Below are positions 57,383 to 64,000 of a DNA stretch of 64,000 nt, one piece after another. A program made the position numbers and the translations under genes. Position 1 is the stretch's first letter, and each line of letters starts with the position of its first letter. The notes beneath the pieces are model-generated. The model searched no databases, was not told the origin of the DNA, and worked only from the letters and a program-made list of their open reading frames with translations. Source of the DNA: a phage; sequence record NC_094493.1, one strand, 5' to 3'.

Positions 57383-58096
57383 TCAAATATACTCTGTTAC
57401 ATCCTTGAAGCTCGAAGGCTTCATGATCTTACCTTTACTGTCAAGGAATATGATAACTTTATTACCGTTGTAGAATTCTTCCTTAGCAACAAAACCTTCA
57501 TATCGACCATCAAAGCGTCGCTCAAGATCTTTAATCTCCAACTCGATGAGTTGTTCAGCAGGCATATCTGCACTGGCACCGTGTGAATACCGTAGATGGT
57601 TGACCCGTGCAAACTTGCTGTCATTCGATTTGAGAACCTTACGCATCATCCCGCACACATCGCCGCGAAGCTGGAACAGCAAAGCTGTTGACAACTCTGC
57701 TAAGCGGTAAGCAGACGCTCTTTGCTTAGAGGTGTTTTTCGCAGCGATCAGTGTATCATAGAACTCACCAATCTTGAACTTAATACCTCGTGGATTATCA
57801 AACAGGTTTGACCACTTTTCGTGATTGTCATTAACAAGATAAGCGGCATAACTTGTGACAACATGAAGATCGCAGGCCTCTTTTAGCAAGTGATCTCCAC
57901 CATCACCTTTCTCCAGCTCTTCCAAAACTTCATTGAACTCTTCCTCAATGAAGCTAAGCTGTAATTCGAATGGTGTGTATGATTTTTTCACCTTAGCTGC
58001 CACACGGTTCCAGTTTTCCACCCAGTTGGCAGACCAAAGGTAGTTTTCAGGCTGAGACAGTTTTTCCAGGTTGTCGATCAGTTTAGTATTCAGCAT
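57383..58096 (-). CDS. MazG-like nucleoside triphosphate pyrophosphohydrolase domain protein
   Basis: EEEFNEVLEELEKGD...KEACDLHV matches the MazG EExxE...E...D metal-binding helix pattern. Confidence 0.5.
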   Translation of the reverse strand: MLNTKLIDNLEKLSQPENYLWSANWVENWNRVAAKVKKSYTPFELQLSFIEEEFNEVLEELEKGDGGDHLLKEACDLHVVTSYAAYLVNDNHEKWSNLFDNPRGIKFKIGEFYDTLIAAKNTSKQRASAYRLAELSTALLFQLRGDVCGMMRKVLKSNDSKFARVNHLRYSHGASADMPAEQLIELEIKDLERRFDGRYEGFVAKEEFYNGNKVIIFLDSKGKIMKPSSFKDVTEYI

Positions 58097-58109
58097 TAAA
58101 GGTCTCCTT

Positions 58110-58871
58110 TTAAAGTTCCATAAAGTTTTCTACAGTTTCAATAAATACTTTATCAGAGAAAGCGTCAACAGCACCGTTAAACCATACAGGGATCCCGCGA
58201 TCCTCATATTGATAAAGGTCGCTACGTGAAATGCCACTTCCATCTGCACTCTGCGAATCATACTTGTTTACAATCAGCAGTTTTGTGCCTTTACAAGTAG
58301 CAGGAAACAATTCCCAGTTAAAATTAATAACTGTGTTAGAACAACCTACCAGGATAACCATATCATTGCTTGTGAGAGATGTCAACAGGTCATACATGTC
58401 TGTATACTTAGGAGCAACCTCACCGAAGAACACTACATTGGGCTTAACCCAGGTATACTTACCTGTATCTACCTCCGTGTATCCGATATTTTTAATTACA
58501 TCATTACCTTCAGCATCTTCGTAGGTGATTTCAGGCAAATACCCGTGGACATGTAAAATATCTTCATGTTTTACACCAGCACGCTCCAGCAAATCATCTA
58601 CATTGGTGGTAAGGTTGATCACACGACCAGACCAGCGGGAATACCACTCAGCGATCCGAAGATGTGCAAGGTTAGGATCAACACTGCCCAGAGCTACACG
58701 ACGTGCATTGTAAAAGTCATGCACCTTATAGTAGTTCTTGGCAAAGGTGTGGATGTTGCACACCTCATCTATGCTGAAATTCTCCCACATTGCAGTACTA
58801 CCAGATCGGAAAGTGGGAATACCAGATTCAGCGCTCAAACCAGCACCGGAGATAATAATCAGTCGTCGCAT
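58110..58871 (-). CDS. Sir2-family NAD-dependent protein (zinc-ribbon-less sirtuin-like)
   Basis: GAGLSAESGIPTFR, TTNVDDLLERAG, HVHG, PNVVFFGE, VILVGCS sirtuin motifs; no CxxC pairs. Confidence 0.65.
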   Translation of the reverse strand: MRRLIIISGAGLSAESGIPTFRSGSTAMWENFSIDEVCNIHTFAKNYYKVHDFYNARRVALGSVDPNLAHLRIAEWYSRWSGRVINLTTNVDDLLERAGVKHEDILHVHGYLPEITYEDAEGNDVIKNIGYTEVDTGKYTWVKPNVVFFGEVAPKYTDMYDLLTSLTSNDMVILVGCSNTVINFNWELFPATCKGTKLLIVNKYDSQSADGSGISRSDLYQYEDRGIPVWFNGAVDAFSDKVFIETVENFMEL

Positions 58872-58879
58872 AAGTGCCC

Positions 58880-59230
58880 TCAGTAGATGTTTTGTTTAAT
58901 CTCTATTCCAAACTTTTTAAACGAGTCAGCTGCAAGCATGAATTTACGAGCCGCTGATGGATTAGAAGTATGTACGAAAATCTTCACGTTGTCAACCACG
59001 GGAGGCTTACCGAATACAAATTTTTCCTCCAACATGGATAGGCAATCGTATCCTTCGAATACTTCTCCTAGGTCGTTGTCCATATGCCACTCAGAAACGC
59101 GTCTGTAGAGCTTTCCCTTATCGTTAATAAAATCCATAAACTCGGAGGAATTCTTCAGCCAAACAGCGTCTGGGAGCCCGTAATTTGACGGATCTCTTAA
59201 GTCATCTAGCCACACAATCAACTTCTTCAT
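58880..59230 (-). CDS. hypothetical protein
   Basis: 116 aa ORF between the Sir2-like and RNA ligase genes. Confidence 0.45.
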   Translation of the reverse strand: MKKLIVWLDDLRDPSNYGLPDAVWLKNSSEFMDFINDKGKLYRRVSEWHMDNDLGEVFEGYDCLSMLEEKFVFGKPPVVDNVKIFVHTSNPSAARKFMLAADSFKKFGIEIKQNIY

Positions 59231-60162
59231 TGCATATAGTTCTCGTTGTGGAAATAGTAATCAAGTATCTCACGGCGTTCCTGCTCCAGGAGGCAGTTCC
59301 ACACATCCTCTGTGTAATTGCTACGAATGAAGTTTACCATGCCGTAAAACTCTTCGTCAACACGTTTAAAGATATCATCATCCCAAATCTTCCAAGCTTT
59401 ACCCCTCATTACGGCCTTCCGTGCCAGATAGTATGGAGACTTGATCTTCAGCTGCAGATCATAAGGGTAGTAAGGCTTACGAATCATATACCCTTCACCT
59501 CTTGTTTCTGCAGCTAATTCTTTTGCATAGCTGAACGGAATTTCACGCACAGTGTGAGGACGTTTTGCACCAAGGTATTTGGCAATCCCATCTAAAGCTG
59601 CTTCTGGTAGCATTATTCCAGAATCATTATATCTGCAACCTATCAAATATGCGCCATGATCTTCCTGAACAATATGCGGATCTGAAGGGTGACAAATTTC
59701 AAACATGAATGTCATGTTTTCATTGCCCATAACCTTCTTGATAAGATCTAAATTACCACATTGCTCTTGGATGGTTTCCTTTGCAAGGTTACAATATGGA
59801 GAATCAAGAGACCCGGTTGTTGAGAACAATAGTTCACCTTTATGAGATGATACCACACCGAGGAATCCGTTCTTTTTCTCTACCGCAGTAACAAGTTTAC
59901 TGTCCGGTAGGTTGGTGGAGTTTTCTCCTAAGTTGAATACTTTTGTGAAAGGCCATGCCACAACATTCCCCTCATTGCCAACAACAATACCTCGGCACTC
60001 CAGTAAACGCGGAGACAAATGCCACAGATTGTTGTAGAATACTTTTCTGGCATATTTATAGATCTTTAATCCAAGATCTGGATAATACCGACTGGTTACA
60101 AGACCTTTGTCTACTAGGTCATCTGCATTAAAATACTTCATCATACGTTCCTCATTTGTCAT
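59227..60162 (-). CDS. RNA ligase, T4 Rnl1-like
   Basis: LLECRGIVV...KVFNLGEN...EKKNGFL...LFSTTGS aligns with T4 Rnl1 ALECRGIMF...KFFNLNEN...TKEDGSL...LFKSKGS; motif I reads KKNG rather than KxDG. Confidence 0.6.
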   Translation of the reverse strand: MTNEERMMKYFNADDLVDKGLVTSRYYPDLGLKIYKYARKVFYNNLWHLSPRLLECRGIVVGNEGNVVAWPFTKVFNLGENSTNLPDSKLVTAVEKKNGFLGVVSSHKGELLFSTTGSLDSPYCNLAKETIQEQCGNLDLIKKVMGNENMTFMFEICHPSDPHIVQEDHGAYLIGCRYNDSGIMLPEAALDGIAKYLGAKRPHTVREIPFSYAKELAAETRGEGYMIRKPYYPYDLQLKIKSPYYLARKAVMRGKAWKIWDDDIFKRVDEEFYGMVNFIRSNYTEDVWNCLLEQERREILDYYFHNENYMQ

Positions 60163-60262
60163 TTTGTCAGTCTATCCTGCCACACAAATAACCTAGTGTC
60201 AACACTTGAAATTAACAAAACAGTTAGGTATACTATCATTAAAATTAAAACGGAGGGTTGCT

Positions 60263-60673
60263 ATGTCTAAAATGCTATATATCGTGCGTGGTCTGCCAGG
60301 GTCTGGCAAATCAACACTGGCAAATGCGCTATCTTTAGAAGGTCTGTATCCACATTTTGAGAACGACATGTTCTGGTATGACGATGACGGCAATTACAAC
60401 TGGGATGCAAGTAAAGTAACACTCGCAGCAAAATGGTGCAAAGATAACGTAGAAGATATGATGCGTATGGGATACGACCGTATCGTGGTAAGTAATACGT
60501 TTACAAAAGAAAAACATGTGCAGGAATATGTTGACATGGCAATCAGTCACGGGTATAGTTATACCGTGATCGTGGTTGAAAACCGCCACGGTAATAAAAG
60601 CATTCATGATGTTCCAGACAAGGTTGTGGATCGTATGGAACGCCAGCTTAAAAACTGCATTAAACTTAAATGA
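60263..60673 (+). CDS. P-loop polynucleotide kinase-like protein
   Basis: Walker A GLPGSGKST resembles T4 Pnk kinase N-terminus; RBS ggaggg; divergent from the RNA ligase gene. Confidence 0.5.
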   Translation: MSKMLYIVRGLPGSGKSTLANALSLEGLYPHFENDMFWYDDDGNYNWDASKVTLAAKWCKDNVEDMMRMGYDRIVVSNTFTKEKHVQEYVDMAISHGYSYTVIVVENRHGNKSIHDVPDKVVDRMERQLKNCIKLK

Positions 60674-60680
60674 GGAATGT

Positions 60681-61235
60681 ATGAAATACTTTGTAACAAG
60701 CGACACACACTTTCTCCACCAGCGGGTCATGGAGTTTGATTCATGTCAAAAACACAGATCTCAGTATGATCACAATCTTGACAGTATGAATGCGGGAATC
60801 ATCACCAAGTGGAACTCTGTTGTGTCACCTGCAGACACTGTGTTTCACTTGGGAGATATTGCGTGCACTAATGATAAGAATATCAACAAATTGCTCCCAG
60901 ATGTTCTAAATATGTTGAACGGACATATTATTCTTGTTCGTGGTAACCATGACACAAGGACGACTGTCAGAATTATGAAAGAGTTCGGTCATGAGGTTGT
61001 AGATTATTACGAGCTTCGCCACAACAAGAATTTGATCTGTATGAGCCATTACCAGTTTGCAAAGTGGAACAGAAAGCCTCACGGATCAGTCCAACTGTTC
61101 GGTCATGCTCACGGAACCACACAGCAGTTGTTTGGCAGGCAGTTTGATGTCGGTTGGGATGTGTGGGGGAGACTCTTACCATTAGAAGAGGCATACCGTA
61201 TTGCAATGAGTCTTGCTATTGACAGCGGGGAGTAA
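60681..61235 (+). CDS. Calcineurin-like metallophosphoesterase
   Basis: SDTHF, HLGDI, GNHD, GHAHG metallophosphatase motifs; RBS aaatgagga. Confidence 0.65.
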   Translation: MKYFVTSDTHFLHQRVMEFDSCQKHRSQYDHNLDSMNAGIITKWNSVVSPADTVFHLGDIACTNDKNINKLLPDVLNMLNGHIILVRGNHDTRTTVRIMKEFGHEVVDYYELRHNKNLICMSHYQFAKWNRKPHGSVQLFGHAHGTTQQLFGRQFDVGWDVWGRLLPLEEAYRIAMSLAIDSGE

Positions 61236-61282
61236 TCCCTGCTATTTTAAAGAAAATTGCCACACAAGGAGAATCAGGAGAT

Positions 61283-61633
61283 ATGAAAGATGGGGATAAG
61301 CTGCTATATCTTAAAGTCCCCCTTGAAATACTGTCTATGTCAAAAGTTTTGAATGACACAACTGGGGAGGTTGTTGTTCTTGACTTATATGACAAGATCG
61401 TATACTGCTACCTGCACAACTGGTATAAGCTTGGAGGAAATTCACGCTTCACACCCAGCACAAGGAAAATTGCAGCAGATGTTGGGATAAAGAAAACAAA
61501 AGCAGCAGCGTGCGTTAAAACTTTAGAATGTGCAGGAGTGGTTGAAATATCCACACAAGGGAGAGGTAAAAGATGTACATTTTCCAAAGTTTTGCCACCA
61601 GAAGAGGTTATTCGAATGTCAACAACTGGTTAG
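61283..61633 (+). CDS. HTH DNA-binding protein (putative replication initiator or regulator)
   Basis: Helix-turn-helix-like STRKIAADVGIKKTKAAACVKTLECAGVVE; immediately upstream of the palindrome array. Confidence 0.5.
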   Translation: MKDGDKLLYLKVPLEILSMSKVLNDTTGEVVVLDLYDKIVYCYLHNWYKLGGNSRFTPSTRKIAADVGIKKTKAAACVKTLECAGVVEISTQGRGKRCTFSKVLPPEEVIRMSTTG

Positions 61634-61706
61634 ACCAGTAAAAACTTAAATATCTGTACTATAAGGATTCGTATGTTTTATGTTCGCTCTGGAACAGAGG
61701 TCAGTA

Positions 61707-61790
61707 ACTGTCCGTGATACGGACACTACTGTCCGTCACGCGGACACATCTGCCCGTAATACGGACACTAACTGTCCGTGATACGGACAC
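61707..61790. repeat. Four tandem 21-bp imperfect palindromes (iteron/operator array)
   Basis: ACTGTCCGTGATACGGACACT repeated four times head-to-tail with minor variation; each is a GTCCGT-N3-ACGGAC palindrome. Confidence 0.75.
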
Positions 61791-61920
61791 ATAAAGAATA
61801 TAACTAAAATAACTAAATAATAAAAATAAAAGATCTAGTACTTATGGTACTAAGTACATATACTTAACTTATGTAGAATATACTAGATCCTAAGTACCAT
61901 GTTTTAAAATTATTACTTAC
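61791..61920. other. AT-rich tract adjacent to the palindrome array (possible DNA unwinding element)
   Basis: About 80 percent A+T over ~130 bp, with palindromes AGTACTTA/TAAGTAC. Confidence 0.45.
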
Positions 61921-62160
61921 TATAGGTAGTGTCGGCCCTTCATTGGCACTCGCCTACGAGGGGCGAGATGCCGGGCCTCCTTGGTGCACACAATAACAGA
62001 AGTGCATACATGCAGGTCTGTTAACATGTGTGGGAGCGAAGCGATAGCGCAGGCCAAAGGCCGAGCACTGATGTGGACCACCGACGAAAGCTTGCCAGCG
62101 CCGTAAGGAGTCGGTTGAGAGTCTCCCGCGCGAGCTTGGATGAAGTTTATGTGTGGAAAC
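61921..62160. ncRNA. GC-rich structured island (candidate ncRNA)
   Basis: Sharp rise in G+C with many short complementary segments; the only ORF is a - strand R/P/C-rich artefact. Confidence 0.25.
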
Positions 62161-62292
62161 TGACAAGAAGGCCCCTAAATCGCTCCACAGCTATATAAAC
62201 TATACCAGGTAATGCAATCGCACCAGTTTGATAGAAAAGCTCGTTACAAAGTGATACAGTGAGTTTTTCTATAACTTGAAGAGGAGGCGGCT

Positions 62293-62871
62293 ATGGGTTC
62301 ACGCAAAGATGACCGTGAAAAGATTGCAAAACGTTATCAGAATGAAGAACAGATGGAGAAAACTTTCAAATGGAAGCCTGGTTTCCAGCGTAATCATTCT
62401 AACGCTCGTGATCGTAAGCATCCAGATAAGTGGCTAACACCGCCAAATGATGGCATGCAGGTTGGTGATGAGAAGGAGATGTCACCTGGAAAAGATGGCA
62501 ACTACATTCGCACTAAGGAAGCTGGTCCAAAGGATGACAGCTATCTTGTAGATAAGGTTCTTAATGGTATTGATGTAGATGTTGACACTGCACGAAACCT
62601 TTTTCTTGGTTGGTATCGTACAGGGTTTTTCGACATCAAGGCTATTCGTCGTGTTTGTGATATTAAAAAGTCTGCCTATGATGATGACTCCCTACATCGC
62701 ACTCTGAGACAATACTCAGAGAGATACGGTCATCCAGTTATCACTCTTGACGATATTAACGAAGTGATGTATCATGCAGAGGTTGTTGCAGGTAGATTCG
62801 GTGATGCATATCTAGATATCCTTTCTGCAAAGGATGAGGTAATGTTAAATAAGATTTACTATGAACGCTGA
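62293..62871 (+). CDS. hypothetical protein
   Basis: 192 aa ORF with strong RBS gaagaggaggcggct ATG. Confidence 0.55.
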   Translation: MGSRKDDREKIAKRYQNEEQMEKTFKWKPGFQRNHSNARDRKHPDKWLTPPNDGMQVGDEKEMSPGKDGNYIRTKEAGPKDDSYLVDKVLNGIDVDVDTARNLFLGWYRTGFFDIKAIRRVCDIKKSAYDDDSLHRTLRQYSERYGHPVITLDDINEVMYHAEVVAGRFGDAYLDILSAKDEVMLNKIYYER

Positions 62872-62881
62872 GGGGTGCTTA

Positions 62882-63070
62882 ATGAACAATCCGGTAGCAA
62901 AGAACTGTAATAAGTTCAACAAGTCTGCAATTCACACTGACAGGAAAAAGAGCTGGTCTCCTGACATTGACGAGGAGCTTGAGAGTTACTTTGAAGACAT
63001 GGTCACCAATGCAGATGAGGTTGCGATTAAAGAATACGCAGACAGGAAGGATAAGGCCGGAATCTGTTGA
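62882..63070 (+). CDS. hypothetical protein
   Basis: RBS gaggggtgctta ATG. Confidence 0.45.
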   Translation: MNNPVAKNCNKFNKSAIHTDRKKSWSPDIDEELESYFEDMVTNADEVAIKEYADRKDKAGIC

Positions 63071-63146
63071 CAAAAATAGTGTTACCTGATAAGATCTGCA
63101 ATATGATGTGATGCAATTTTAACTTACGAGGTCTACAGGTAATGCT

Positions 63147-63389
63147 ATGTTTAAGGTTAAGCTCGTTTTTCGTTCCATGAATGAGGATTATTTAGAAGAT
63201 GAAGGTGAATTTCGTGCACTGGATGATGCAATAGATTTTGCCAACGACTTAGCTTGTATGAATACAGGTTATGGGCTATGTTGTTGGGATGGTGGTGTTC
63301 AGATCGGTGATAGCAAGATCTTCTACTTCTACCCTGAGCCTGATAACAAACAAATTAAGTATGTTTTATTTATTTGTGCTTTACAATGA
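63147..63389 (+). CDS. hypothetical protein
   Basis: 80 aa ORF. Confidence 0.4.
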   Translation: MFKVKLVFRSMNEDYLEDEGEFRALDDAIDFANDLACMNTGYGLCCWDGGVQIGDSKIFYFYPEPDNKQIKYVLFICALQ

Positions 63390-63469
63390 GGTTGTTTTCG
63401 TGTATCATGATGAATATCCAATTTAAAGATGAATTTGATGGCTTTATCTCTGGATGCTTTGAAACAGGG

Positions 63470-63690
63470 TTCGGAGAAGGCTGAGTTCCCCTTAGAGGGC
63501 TTGATAGTGCACCACACTTAAAATGGTAGGGGCAGCCAGCACATGACGATGTGACCCCAGCCAACCTGTAACAAGGTCGAGCCGAAGCGCGGGTAATAGG
63601 CCTCTGGTAACCCACTTGTTGGGTCTTGCTGGTCCAGGACGCTGGACAAGTCGCAGGGAATACCACCCTGCGGCGAACTTGACAATCAGT
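63470..63690. ncRNA. GC-rich structured island (candidate ncRNA)
   Basis: High G+C with many complementary segments, upstream of promoter-like TTGACA at ~63679; - strand ORF there has artefactual composition. Confidence 0.25.
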
Positions 63691-63735
63691 ATTTGCTATG
63701 ATAAAATCCACCTATCACGTGATAATGGAGGAAAC

Positions 63736-64000
63736 ATGGCGGATACAACTAAAAAGCGTCGCCGTAGAGGCAGACCTCTGAAAGAGGAGTCCAACGCCAT
63801 TCAGCTAGAGAAGAACATCCTTGATATGAAGGAATCTTTTATAGCGATGGTTCCAGAAGCTCACAAAGTTTTAAGAGAGCTGATGTTGGACCCGAAAACC
63901 AAACAAAATATTCGTCAAAGCATTGCAGAGTATGTTCTTGATAAGGCAGACCGAATGCAGGAAGAATATGATGAGATGTTTGGTGAAGAGGAAGAGGTGG
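63736..64000 (+). CDS. hypothetical protein, partial (3' end outside the window)
   Basis: RBS ggaggaaac ATG; basic N-terminus (KKRRRRGRP) then acidic region; ORF open to window end. Confidence 0.5.
   Translation, partial: MADTTKKRRRRGRPLKEESNAIQLEKNILDMKESFIAMVPEAHKVLRELMLDPKTKQNIRQSIAEYVLDKADRMQEEYDEMFGEEEEV

Noticed and set aside
23291-60162. Integrase, transposase or other lysogeny genes
   Set aside because: No tyrosine- or serine-recombinase or transposase motifs were seen. The HNH and Endo VII-like nucleases are more consistent with homing or DNA-processing functions in a virulent phage.
61707-61790. Possible CRISPR array (regular short repeats)
   Set aside because: The 21-bp palindromes are directly abutting with no unique spacers between them, and there are only four. 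This fits an iteron/operator array, not a CRISPR array.
61954-62166. 70 aa ORF on the - strand
   Set aside because: It lies wholly inside a GC-rich island and is Arg/Pro/Cys/His-rich with no RBS, typical of an artefactual frame in GC-rich non-coding DNA.
63370-63711. 113 aa ORF on the - strand
   Set aside because: Same reasoning: it overlaps the second GC-rich island and a + strand gene end, and its composition is non-protein-like.

Overview
This window reads as the early/accessory region of a large virulent tailed phage, probably T5-like (family-level guess only). No structural genes, integrase, tRNA or CRISPR array were recognised. Layout: (1) 1-9777, + strand: the C-terminal part of a family-A DNA polymerase, interrupted by a ~250 nt structured non-coding insert, then ~22 small genes including a macro-domain protein and a 408 aa protein whose C-terminus (DDDIPF) matches the E. 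coli SSB tail. (2) 9780-10790: repeat-rich non-coding DNA. (3) 10797-20802, + strand: about 26 small genes, most of them with their own sigma70-like promoter, a short GC hairpin at the start of the leader, and a near-identical ribosome-binding region. (4) 20850-23290: ~2.4 kb non-coding, repeat-rich convergence zone. (5) 23291-60162, - strand: ~70 genes, first a run of small acidic paralogous proteins that includes a clear ribosome hibernation factor (HPF/RaiA) homologue, then a nucleotide-metabolism and DNA-processing block (methyltransferases, ClpP-like protease, PhoH, NrdG, NrdD, glutaredoxin, NrdB, NrdA, ThyX-like, HAD nucleotidase, dNMP kinase, exonucleases, Endo VII-like, RuvC-like, HNH, lambda-R-type lysozyme, ATP-dependent DNA ligase, MazG-like, Sir2-like, Rnl1-like RNA ligase). 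(6) 60263-64000, + strand: polynucleotide kinase-like and metallophosphoesterase (with the RNA ligase, an RNA-repair module), an HTH protein followed by four tandem 21-bp palindromes and an AT-rich tract (origin-like), and two GC-rich structured islands. All functional calls come from motif recognition by eye; no database search was run.
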